Of a stretch of 64,000 bases of DNA, positions 19,150-27,628 are shown in pieces. Position numbers and translations under genes: made by a program. The stretch comes from Dehalococcoidia bacterium. Lineage in GTDB: Bacteria; Chloroflexota; Dehalococcoidia; UBA2979. Below the pieces are notes generated by a model. That model was given only the letters and a program-made list of their open reading frames with translations, had not been told where the DNA came from and did no database searches. Location of the stretch: the NCBI GenBank assembly GCA_965262725.1, contig OZ253555.1, positions 3,232,001 to 3,296,000 of the forward strand, given 5' to 3'. Numbering within the stretch: position 1 is the stretch's first letter; each line of letters opens with the position of its first letter.

Positions 19150-20075
19150 TCGGTCGGCACCTCCACCGGCCCGCCGGCGGTGACGGGTCCGTTCATCCAC
19201 TCGAGGAGCGAGGGCTCCCGCTGGTTGTCGGCGCCGAGCGCCGTGATCGCCTCGTAGGCGGGATAGCCGCGAAGCCCGACGAGCGTGGGACGGCCGCCGT
19301 AGTTGCTCGTGTAAACGACGCGGACGGGGTAGCTGTGCAGGGCGTGCACGTGGGCAGCGAGACCGCACTCCCGGGCGGCGGACGAGAGCTCAGCCGCCAC
19401 CTCGTCGGAGGCGAGCACAATGTCGATCCACGCTTGGTACTGGCGCTCCGGCGGGTGCGTCTTGATCGGATAGCCGGCGCGACGCTCCGCCTCCATGTCC
19501 GGCACTTCGAAGAGGTTGAGGCGCAGCCGGAGCACGCCCGCGACCCTCGCCCAGCGCGCCCCGAGGTCGCTCAAGCACTCGCGGAAGGAGGGCTCGTCGG
19601 ATCGGGCGCGCGCGAAGATCCCGTAGCTCGGCGACGACACGGGGCCCTGCGGCGTCGCGATCCCGGTCTCGTCGATGTACGTGTGCGCGTTGTCGCCGAC
19701 CGCGCGGTAGGTCGTGCTCTCGTCGACGATCAGCTCGATGTCGCCGAAGAGGTGGCCCTTCACCTCGGCGCTCGGCGCCGCGTCCCACGCCGCCAGCGCG
19801 GCGTCGTCGAGGTAGCGCACGTCGGAGAGCCACATCAGCTGCTGGTGGTCCGGGCAGGAGAACTCAATGCCCCCGATCGGCTCGAGCAGGTCCCCGCGGA
19901 CCGGATCGAACTGGCTGTGGCGATAGTCCCAGACGCCGGGACGCCTGGCGATCACCGGGCTGTGGACATCGCGCCAGTAGCGGCGTACCCAGTCGAGCGG
20001 CAGCTCGATCTTCTTCCAGCCGCAGGTAATACGGGCCAGCCGCGCCCTGTTCTCGAATTCGGCGAGTGTGCTCAT
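19146..20075 (-). CDS. EthD-like domain protein (dimeric alpha/beta barrel)
   Basis: N-terminal K..LPLDWVRRYWRDVHSPVIARRPG, an EthD-type YW...H motif; RBS GGGGAGG. Confidence 0.65.
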   Translation of the reverse strand: MSTLAEFENRARLARITCGWKKIELPLDWVRRYWRDVHSPVIARRPGVWDYRHSQFDPVRGDLLEPIGGIEFSCPDHQQLMWLSDVRYLDDAALAAWDAAPSAEVKGHLFGDIELIVDESTTYRAVGDNAHTYIDETGIATPQGPVSSPSYGIFARARSDEPSFRECLSDLGARWARVAGVLRLRLNLFEVPDMEAERRAGYPIKTHPPERQYQAWIDIVLASDEVAAELSSAARECGLAAHVHALHSYPVRVVYTSNYGGRPTLVGLRGYPAYEAITALGADNQREPSLLEWMNGPVTAGGPVEVPTE

Positions 20076-20302
20076 GGTGCCTCCCCCGCCCGCACGCGGC
20101 GAGCTCCCTCCATACACGTCCCCCGGCCCCGCGGGCAGCGCGCACGCGCCGATGTCCGGCGCCGCGCCCCGAAGGGCCCCGGCCGAGTCTGCCCGATCTC
20201 GTCCTCTCGCGCAGGTAAGCTGCGCAGGGAGCTACCGGTTGCGTCGCGGCGGCGATATCGTGTCGACGCCCGCGACGCGGGGCGGGTCTCGAGGAGGCGC
20301 CG

Positions 20303-21157
20303 GTGAGCGAGCAACCGAACGATCCCGTCCGGCGCTCCACCGCGCTCGGCGGCCTCGAGATCTCTTACCTCGACTGGGGGGAGCCCTCGCCCGGCGCCCC
20401 GGCCCTCTTGCTCGTGCACGGGGCGATGGGCTGCGCGGCCGACTGGAGCCGCGTGGCGCCGGCGTTCGCCCGGGAGTACCGCGTCGTGGCGCCCGACCAG
20501 CGTGGCCACGGCGCCTCCACGCATCCGCCCGCTCCCGGCGGCTACGGCACGGAGGACTACCTTCGGGACCTCGAGGGGCTCGCGGACGCGCTCGGCATCG
20601 TGCGCTTCGGCGTCCTGGGACACGGGATGGGCGGGCACAACGCCATCGGCCTCGCCGCCCGCCGCCCCGGGCGCGTGCTCTGCGCCCTCGCCAACGACGT
20701 CGTGCCGGCCCCCGAGGCCGGCTCCGAGAGCTGGGACGAGCTCCTCCCGGGGCGCGCGCACCCGTCGTTCACGACGGTGGAGGACTACGTGACGTGGCGG
20801 CGGCGCCAGGTGCCCTTCGCGCCGGCGGAGCTACTCACGGGGGAGGCGGGCTGGCGACTCCGGCGCCTCCCAGGGGGCCTGCGCGCCGTCTCCGATGTGC
20901 GCGCCGCCTTCGACTGGAGGCCCGACGACCTCTGGGTGGAGGCGGCCGGGATCCGCTGCCCCATCCTCTACATTCGTGGCGGGCGCTCCCCCGACCTCGA
21001 CGCGGCGACGCAGCAACGCTTGGTGATGCAGACACCGAGCGCCCGCTCCGTCTCGCTCGAGCTCGCGGGCCACGCCACCTACCTCGACCGCGAGGAGGAG
21101 TTCATCGAGCTGGCCCATGCCTTCTTCGGCGCGCACATGCTCGCGGGCGCGGCCTAG
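20303..21157 (+). CDS. Alpha/beta fold protein lacking the Ser nucleophile (GHGMG)
   Basis: LVHG, PDQRGHGAS, VLGHGMGG, AGHA; RBS GAGGAGG. Confidence 0.85.
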   Translation: MSEQPNDPVRRSTALGGLEISYLDWGEPSPGAPALLLVHGAMGCAADWSRVAPAFAREYRVVAPDQRGHGASTHPPAPGGYGTEDYLRDLEGLADALGIVRFGVLGHGMGGHNAIGLAARRPGRVLCALANDVVPAPEAGSESWDELLPGRAHPSFTTVEDYVTWRRRQVPFAPAELLTGEAGWRLRRLPGGLRAVSDVRAAFDWRPDDLWVEAAGIRCPILYIRGGRSPDLDAATQQRLVMQTPSARSVSLELAGHATYLDREEEFIELAHAFFGAHMLAGAA

Positions 21158-21210
21158 ATAACGCACCCGCGACGCCCGGACCGGTGCCCCCGGCTGCCTG
21201 GCCGGGCGGC

Positions 21211-21447
21211 TCAGCCGGGGGAGAAGGCGACGAGCGACGTCGTGGACTGGATGCCCTCCATGGTCCGGATGCTGCCGGAGAGGATCGGCGGGATGTCGGT
21301 CAGGCTCTCGGTCTCCAGCTCCGCCACGACGTCGTAGGGGCCCATGACCTCGTGGACCTCGGCGATGTTCGGCAGGCCGCGGAGCGCCAGCGCCACGCGC
21401 CGGGTCGCACCCGGACTCGTCACGATGAGTACATAGGCCTTGATCAC
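21211..21447 (-). CDS. Stand-alone Lrp/AsnC ligand-binding domain protein
   Basis: KAYVLI...VHEVMGPYDVVAELE...IRTMEGIQSTTSLV; GTG at 21447 follows GGGAGGAG. Confidence 0.85.
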   Translation of the reverse strand: MIKAYVLIVTSPGATRRVALALRGLPNIAEVHEVMGPYDVVAELETESLTDIPPILSGSIRTMEGIQSTTSLVAFSPG

Positions 21448-21564
21448 GGTCTCCTCCCTCCAGTGATCCGTCCGAGGCGCCGGGACGGGCTCGTTGCTCT
21501 CGGCTCGCCTGGGCCCACGCACGGCGCGCGCGTGGGGGCTATGATAGGTGACGCACCTGCAGCA

Positions 21565-21770
21565 CCGTCGGCCATGACGATTGAGCGTAGGCCGCTCGCA
21601 GGTCGATACTGGCGAGTCCGCAGCGTCGACGAGGGTGGCGCGAGCCGCTCGGCCTGCGGGAGAAATCCCGCGTCCATGGGGTCCGACGAGTGAGGCACCG
21701 GCTCGACTCCCGAGAACCGTCCGATGCGGAACGGCCGGACCCGCTCCAAGGGCCGTCGTGGTCCGCCGGC
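21565..21770 (+). ncRNA. Candidate structured RNA (6S RNA-like long irregular hairpin, or korAB leader)
   Basis: Nested helices 21570-79/21754-63, 21581-87/21742-49, 21590-94/21732-36, 21597-600/21725-28 and 21614-18/21705-09 enclose a 13/15-nt bubble; GAAA-capped hairpin; TATGAT at 21540. Confidence 0.4.
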
Positions 21771-21826
21771 ACCCGCTCGACCTCACACCCGGCTCACCCG
21801 ACCGCCAGCGAGGAGGGCGGTAGCGC

Positions 21827-23554
21827 ATGAGCACAGACCTGGTGGTGCGCTTCGCGGGTGAGGGCGGTCAGGGCGTCGTGACCGCCGCCGAGGGCTTGGC
21901 GCAGGCTGCGGCCCGCGTCGGCTACCACGTCCAGACCTTCTCAACCTTCCCGTCCCAGATTAAGGGCGGCCCGACGTGGGCCCAGACCCGCATCTCGACC
22001 AGCCCCGTGCTCGCGTCGGGCGATGAGCTCGACATCCTGGTCGTGCTGAACCGCTACGCCTACAACCACAACCTGGAGGAGTGCCGCGACGACGGCATCG
22101 TCGTCTACAACTCCGGCGATTTCGAGATCGACGACGGGAGCCGTTGCGTCGGCATGGAGGTCGACCGCCTCGCGCGCGAGACGGGCAACCCGCTCGCCGC
22201 CAACATGGTGATGATCGGGGCCGTCGCCGCGCTCGCCCGGATGCCGGCCGAGTACTTCACCGACTTCATCCGGGAGCGCTTCACCCGCGGCCGCGCGAAT
22301 GACGACGCCATCATCGAGGCGAACATCAAGGCACTCGACCTCGGCATGAGCGCGGTCGACTCAAGCGGCCTCACCGTCGCGGGGCTCGATCCGCCGCCGG
22401 CGACCGAGGGGACGCGCGTGCTAATGCGCGGCTACGAGGCCGCGAGCCTCGGCGCGATCGCCAGCGGCCTCGACGTCTTCGTCGGCTACCCGATCTCGCC
22501 GGCGACCACGATGCTCACCTTCATGGAGCGCTACCTCACCGGTCCCGGCAGCTACGTCGGGCAGTCAAGCTCCGAGATCGAGTCGATCACCGCCCTCATC
22601 GGGGCGGGCTTCGCCGGGAAGCGCGCGATGACGTCGACGGCCGGTCCCGGGCTCTCGCTGATGAGCGAGGGCCTCGGCCTCGCCTGGATGGCCGAGATCC
22701 CGCTCGTCGTCGTCAACGTACAGCGCGGCGGTCCCTCGACTGGCCTCCCGACCAAGACCGAGCAGTCGGACCTCCTCACCACGCTCAACCCGGGACACGG
22801 CGACCTCCGCATCCCGATCATCGCCCCGGGAAACGTCGAGGAGTGTTTTTACGGGGCGTCCCACGCGATCAACTGGGCGGAGCGCTACCAGGGGCCGGTC
22901 ATCCTGCTCTCCGAGGCGTCGGTCGCGGAGAGGCAACAGGACGTGCCGCGGCCGGCGCTCTCCTCGATCCGGCCGGAGGGTCGCGTCACAGTGAACGGAT
23001 CGGGCGCGATGGACGGCGACGGGCCGCCCCGCCGCTACCGGGGCGAGCAGCTCACGCCCTTCCCGGTGCCCGGCGGCCCCGGCGCCTACGTCGCGAACGG
23101 GAGCGAGCACGACGAGTACGGCGACACGACGCACCTCCCGAAGTGGCATCTCCAGATGACGCATCGCCGTTTCGGGAAGCTCGCGCTGCTCGAGGAGGAC
23201 TCCTACGAGTCCGAGGGCACAGAGGCGGGCGTGGCCCTCCTGCCGTGGGGCGGGTCGAAGGGGCCGGCCCGCGCCGCCTATCTCGCCCTGCGCGAGCGGG
23301 GCGACCTCGCGTGGTACTACACCATATTCCTCAACCCGCTTCCCCCGGCGCTGCTGGAGGAGCTGCGAGCGAAGGATCTGGTGATCGTCCCCGAGCTCAA
23401 CTATCTCGGCCAGTTCGCCGGGCTTCTGCGCCAGCAGGGCGTGCGGGCCGAGGCGATCACGCAGTACACCGGTCTCCCGTTCAAGGAACGCTTCCTCACC
23501 GAGCGGATCCGCGAGCGGCTGGAGGCGCGGACAGGAGAGCTGGTCCGGGCATGA
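21827..23554 (+). CDS. korA: 2-oxoacid:ferredoxin oxidoreductase alpha subunit (gamma-alpha fusion)
   Basis: AGEGGQG, FPSQIKGG, GYPISPAT, TSTAGPGLSLMSE, VQRGGPSTGLPTKTEQSD. Confidence 0.92.
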   Translation: MSTDLVVRFAGEGGQGVVTAAEGLAQAAARVGYHVQTFSTFPSQIKGGPTWAQTRISTSPVLASGDELDILVVLNRYAYNHNLEECRDDGIVVYNSGDFEIDDGSRCVGMEVDRLARETGNPLAANMVMIGAVAALARMPAEYFTDFIRERFTRGRANDDAIIEANIKALDLGMSAVDSSGLTVAGLDPPPATEGTRVLMRGYEAASLGAIASGLDVFVGYPISPATTMLTFMERYLTGPGSYVGQSSSEIESITALIGAGFAGKRAMTSTAGPGLSLMSEGLGLAWMAEIPLVVVNVQRGGPSTGLPTKTEQSDLLTTLNPGHGDLRIPIIAPGNVEECFYGASHAINWAERYQGPVILLSEASVAERQQDVPRPALSSIRPEGRVTVNGSGAMDGDGPPRRYRGEQLTPFPVPGGPGAYVANGSEHDEYGDTTHLPKWHLQMTHRRFGKLALLEEDSYESEGTEAGVALLPWGGSKGPARAAYLALRERGDLAWYYTIFLNPLPPALLEELRAKDLVIVPELNYLGQFAGLLRQQGVRAEAITQYTGLPFKERFLTERIRERLEARTGELVRA

Positions 23555-24426
23555 CGAAGCGCAACCCCGACTACGATTTCAAGTGGTGCCCCGGCTGCGG
23601 GGACTTCGGCGTCGTCCGCGCCGTCGAGTTCGCGCTCGCCGATCGCGTCACGCGGCTCGGCGAGCCGATCGAGAACACGGTGGTCGTCGCGGGCATCGGC
23701 TGCTCGGGGAACCTCGTGCACCTGCAGGAGGGCCCGCAGCCCTTCGGCATCCACGGCATCCACGGCCGCACCCTGCCGATCGCCTACGGCGTCAAGGCGG
23801 CCCGGCCCGATGTCAACGTGCTCGTCGCCGCCGGCGACGGCGACTTCCTCTCGATCGGCGCGGAACACATCGGCCCCGCCGCGAAGCGCAACATGGACGT
23901 CACCTGCGTCGTGATGGACAACGGCATCTACGGGCTCACGAAAGGCCAGGCCTCCCCCACGAGCGCCCTCGAGGTCGTGACCCCGACCACGCCGCTCGGC
24001 AAGCTCGATGACGCAATGAACCCCCTCGAACTCTTCCTCGCGATCGGTGTCAACTTCGTGGCCTCGATGCTGTCGACCCGGCCCCGGGATCTCGCCGCGA
24101 CGATCGGCGAGGCGATGGAGTACCCCGGCTTCGCCATCGTGCACGTGCAGTCCCCCTGCACCACCTACAACGACACCTATGCGGCGCTCAAGGGGAACCC
24201 GAAGGAGGGGATCGAGCCGGGCGCATACCCGCTGCCGGAGGAGCACGACCCGACGAACAAGCAGCAGGCGATGGCGCACGCCACGAGCGGCCGCATACCG
24301 GTCGGGCTGCTCTACCGCGCGCCCGAGAGCAGGCCCATGCACCAGCGGCTCACCGAGGCTAGGGAGCGCGCGGGCCAGACCGCGCCTCCCGACGTCGACG
24401 CGCTCCTCTCCTCCCTCGAGATCTAG
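23551..24426 (+). CDS. korB: 2-oxoacid:ferredoxin oxidoreductase beta subunit
   Basis: WCPGCGDF, GIGCS, HGIHGR, GDGD...DNGIYGLTKGQ TPP motif; ATGA overlap with korA. Confidence 0.92.
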   Translation: MTKRNPDYDFKWCPGCGDFGVVRAVEFALADRVTRLGEPIENTVVVAGIGCSGNLVHLQEGPQPFGIHGIHGRTLPIAYGVKAARPDVNVLVAAGDGDFLSIGAEHIGPAAKRNMDVTCVVMDNGIYGLTKGQASPTSALEVVTPTTPLGKLDDAMNPLELFLAIGVNFVASMLSTRPRDLAATIGEAMEYPGFAIVHVQSPCTTYNDTYAALKGNPKEGIEPGAYPLPEEHDPTNKQQAMAHATSGRIPVGLLYRAPESRPMHQRLTEARERAGQTAPPDVDALLSSLEI

Positions 24427-24456
24427 ACCCCGGGCGGAGCGGCGGCAGGCGGTCCC

Positions 24457-24969
24457 ATGTCCGACGATCGGGGCGCCGGTCCCAGCACGCACGAGGTCGA
24501 GGTGCGCGGCGTCCGGCTGCGCTTCGCCGCAGCCCACATGGCGACGATCGCAGGAGAACTCGAGCCGTTGCACGGCCACAACTACTCCGTGGGCTGCCGC
24601 GTCGGGGGCGACCTCACCGCCGATTCGTGGGTGATCGACTTCGCCGCGCTGAAGCGGCTCTGCCGGGAGGCGTGCGAGGAACTCGACCACCGCTTTCTCC
24701 TGCAGGCCCGCTCGCCGCTGCTCGACCTCCGCGAGGAGGAAGGCTCGTGGATCATCTCCCACGGCGAGCGGCTCTACCGCTTCCCGGCGGCGGAGGTCGC
24801 GGCGCTCCCGATCGAGAACACCACCGCGGAACTGATCGCACGCTGGATCTGGGAGCGAGTCTGCCGGGGTCTCCGGGGGGGCCTGCACGAGCAGATCCGC
24901 CGGCTCGAGATCGAGGTGGAGGAGATGCCGGGACAGTCCGCCACCTACGGGAGCGACCTCGCGCGATGA
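24457..24969 (+). CDS. 6-pyruvoyl/6-carboxy-tetrahydropterin synthase family (T-fold) protein
   Basis: FAAAH, E.LHGHNY, VIDF..LK, LDHRFL, ENTTAE. Confidence 0.88.
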   Translation: MSDDRGAGPSTHEVEVRGVRLRFAAAHMATIAGELEPLHGHNYSVGCRVGGDLTADSWVIDFAALKRLCREACEELDHRFLLQARSPLLDLREEEGSWIISHGERLYRFPAAEVAALPIENTTAELIARWIWERVCRGLRGGLHEQIRRLEIEVEEMPGQSATYGSDLAR

Positions 24970-25041
24970 GCCGTCACCCGGACGCCCGGGTCCGGGGCGC
25001 CGTCCTTCCGGCATGGGGCGAACGACACCCGCCGGCAGCCG

Positions 25042-25069
25042 TTGACAGCGGGGGACGGCCGCCTAGGAT
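25042..25069 (+). promoter_or_regulatory. Sigma70-type promoter
   Basis: TTGACA-N16-TAGGAT, 22 nt upstream of ATG 25092, with RBS GGGAGGGGG in between. Confidence 0.7.
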
Positions 25070-25091
25070 CAGTAGCGGCGGGAGGGGGCTC

Positions 25092-25637
25092 ATGCAAATC
25101 AACTGGGAAGATGCCGTCAACAAGCTCTTCGAGCACCGCACGACGTGCCCGCGCTGCGGGAGCGACTACGACGCCCTCATCGTCGGATACTCGCGTAAGC
25201 CCTCCCTGAACCGCTTCGCGCCGCGCCACCACGACTGTCCGCGCGCCGACGAGTGCGACGCCCGCAAGCTCATCACGCTCTGCGCCGAGTGCGCGCGCGA
25301 GGAGCGCTTCCGCGGCAGCGAGGTCGACGCCGGACAGGTTCTCGAGAGCTACTTGCTCGACTGCCGCCGCGATCTGGAGGAGTCTCTCGACTATCTCGCC
25401 GAGTACTGGCGCGACGAATTCGATCTCGCGGAGGATGAGCTCGACCGCACGCTTGAGCAGGTCGACCTCGATGCCTTCCGCCAGGAGAACGAGTGGCGGC
25501 ACCGACACGAGGAAGAATACCTGCGCTACCACCACGAGTTCCGCGCCCGCTCGCGGCGCATCCCGCACCCTGGCTGGCGTTCTGAGTACGTCGAGGAGAT
25601 CCGCGCCCTCGGATACGACACGGTGCTCGGTGACTAG
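25092..25637 (+). CDS. Hypothetical protein with a putative metal-binding Cys-rich N-terminus and an acidic helical C-terminus
   Basis: CPRC, HHDC-x5-C and CAEC; good RBS, promoter and codon bias. Confidence 0.8.
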   Translation: MQINWEDAVNKLFEHRTTCPRCGSDYDALIVGYSRKPSLNRFAPRHHDCPRADECDARKLITLCAECAREERFRGSEVDAGQVLESYLLDCRRDLEESLDYLAEYWRDEFDLAEDELDRTLEQVDLDAFRQENEWRHRHEEEYLRYHHEFRARSRRIPHPGWRSEYVEEIRALGYDTVLGD

Positions 25638-25670
25638 CGCCGCGGCCGGCGACCCGGGCCCGCTCGCACC

Positions 25671-25928
25671 GTGAGCAACCGGAGCCAGCTCGCGCTCGTC
25701 ATCTCCTCGGCGCTCGCCGGCTTCGCCTGGGGGATGGTGCGCCACCGCGGCCACCCGCAGGCCCGGCCGCTCGCCCTGCTGCAGGCGGTGGAGTGGTTCG
25801 TCGCGGCGGGGGGTGCGGCCTGGCTGATCGAGCACGCCCGGAAGACGCTCGAGGGCGCGAGCGGCCCGGAGGAGCGCATCACCCACCTCCGGCAGGTCGC
25901 CAGCGAGCACGACGAGATCGGAGCCTGA
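25671..25928 (+). CDS. Small hypothetical membrane protein
   Basis: Two hydrophobic segments and high-GC3 codon pattern. Confidence 0.55.
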   Translation: MSNRSQLALVISSALAGFAWGMVRHRGHPQARPLALLQAVEWFVAAGGAAWLIEHARKTLEGASGPEERITHLRQVASEHDEIGA

Positions 25929-26022
25929 GGTGCGCCCGTGCGTGCCTGGGCTCGAGGCTCCGCCCCCTTCGGCCGGGGCGCACCGCAGCGGGGCGCTGGC
26001 GCGCCCGAGAGGGTAGTCCTCG

Positions 26023-26526
26023 ATGGCGGTGGTGCTGGTCCTCTACGACAGCCGCGGCGGCCTGGTCGAGGAACTGGCGCAGGGCGTTGCCAGCGGCGTG
26101 CGCGACGCGCCCGGCGCCGATCTCATGCTCCGGCGCATCGACGAGGCCGATCCCCGCGACCTGCTGCTCTGCGATGCCCTGATCGTCGGATCCCCGAACT
26201 GGTCGGGCATCACCGGAAAGCTCAAGACCTGGTTCGACGAGACGGGTGACCTCTGGGAGAGCGGCGATCTGGCGGGGAAGCCGGCCGGCGCGTTCACCGG
26301 CGGCTGGTCGCGCTCAGGAGGCACCGAGGCAACCCTGCTCCAGCTCGTGCACCTGCTGATGGCGCACGGCATGCTGATGGTCGGACTGCCGTGGACCGAT
26401 CGCATGCGCACCACGGGCTCCTACTACGGGGCGACCGCCCACGGCCACGTCACGCCCGGGGACATCGCCCAGGCCCACACGCTCGGCAGCCGGGTCGCCG
26501 ATCTCGCCGTGCGCCTCGCGCGCTGA
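26023..26526 (+). CDS. Flavodoxin-like WrbA-family NAD(P)H:quinone oxidoreductase
   Basis: VLYDSRGG, VGSPNW, LAGKPAGAFT, GGTEATL, YYGA. Confidence 0.88.
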   Translation: MAVVLVLYDSRGGLVEELAQGVASGVRDAPGADLMLRRIDEADPRDLLLCDALIVGSPNWSGITGKLKTWFDETGDLWESGDLAGKPAGAFTGGWSRSGGTEATLLQLVHLLMAHGMLMVGLPWTDRMRTTGSYYGATAHGHVTPGDIAQAHTLGSRVADLAVRLAR

Positions 26527-26619
26527 GGGAACCGCCGAGCCCGCCTGGTCCCGTCCATCCCGCCCGCCGCGCGCCCCCGCCGACTCGCGGCCGCGGGCAC
26601 CCGCTGCTAGGGTCCGGCC

Positions 26620-27555
26620 GTGATCAATGACACGAGGGATGGAAGCGGCGGCGAGGCGGGGATGGAGCCGATCGGTTCCGCGGACCACCCGGCGTGCGCG
26701 CCCGCAGACCGCCCCGCACCCGACGAGGGCGAGCCGGGCTCCCGCGCCGCCGCGGTCGAGCGCGCCCGCAGCCTGCTGGGGGAGAATCCCTGGGCGGGGG
26801 CCACCGAGCGCATCACCCTCTGGCTGGTGAGCCCACCCCGCGGCATCGCCCACCCCGCGCGCCCACCGGTGGAGGTGTGGCTCGCCATCGACCGACCGAC
26901 GGCTCAGACGCTCGGCGTCGACGGCCAGAGGCTCTACGTCGAGGGCGCAATCGCGCGCGACCTCCCCCCGTCTGACGGCGACGCCGGATGCCGCGCCTCC
27001 CTCTTCACCGCGGAGGCCCTGGCCTCACTGCTCTCGGGCGAGGGGCGGCGGGCGTTCGAGGCACGCTGGAGCCTCTCCCACGCCCAGCTGCTCTTCGATC
27101 GCCTTGGGCGCCACGAGCGGTTCCTCGCCGAGTCGGCCCGGAGCCCGGTAGGCGCTGCGGAGCGCGCGCTCCGCGGCGCCTATCTCGCGGCGGCGGGGGC
27201 GCTCCCCGCACTCTCCGCGCCCGGGGGCGACGGAGGCGGCCTGGAGACCCTCCCGGCGGCAGGCGAGGCGGCGGCTGCGCTGGCGCGCCTCGCCTGCCTG
27301 CTCGACGAGAGCAGCCACCCCCCGCTCCCGTGGCTGCTGGCAGCGGCACGCGACACACGCCTCGGCCGGAGGCTCCAGAGCTGGTTCGACGATCTCGTCG
27401 CCTCGCTCGCTGGCAACGAGGCCGCAGCGCGCCGCGTCGCGAGCACCCGCGAGGCGGTCCTCGATCAGGCACGCACCCTGGTCCAGCACCGCCTCGGCGA
27501 GCGGCCGTGGCTGCGCGAGCCCGCGAGCTTCATGCTGAATCCCCGCCGCTCCTGA
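26620..27555 (+). CDS. Hypothetical protein (weak resemblance to DUF4037/nucleotidyltransferase-associated proteins)
   Basis: Fills the gap with plausible codon use; LLFDRLG and LACLLD..HPP.PWL segments; TAGGGT 6 nt before the GTG. Confidence 0.55.
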   Translation: MINDTRDGSGGEAGMEPIGSADHPACAPADRPAPDEGEPGSRAAAVERARSLLGENPWAGATERITLWLVSPPRGIAHPARPPVEVWLAIDRPTAQTLGVDGQRLYVEGAIARDLPPSDGDAGCRASLFTAEALASLLSGEGRRAFEARWSLSHAQLLFDRLGRHERFLAESARSPVGAAERALRGAYLAAAGALPALSAPGGDGGGLETLPAAGEAAAALARLACLLDESSHPPLPWLLAAARDTRLGRRLQSWFDDLVASLAGNEAAARRVASTREAVLDQARTLVQHRLGERPWLREPASFMLNPRRS

Positions 27556-27628
27556 TCCGGGCGACGGCGCGTGGGGATCGACCCCCGCGCAGGCGACCGG
27601 GGGTTGCGGCGGCGGGGAGGGCCAGCGA

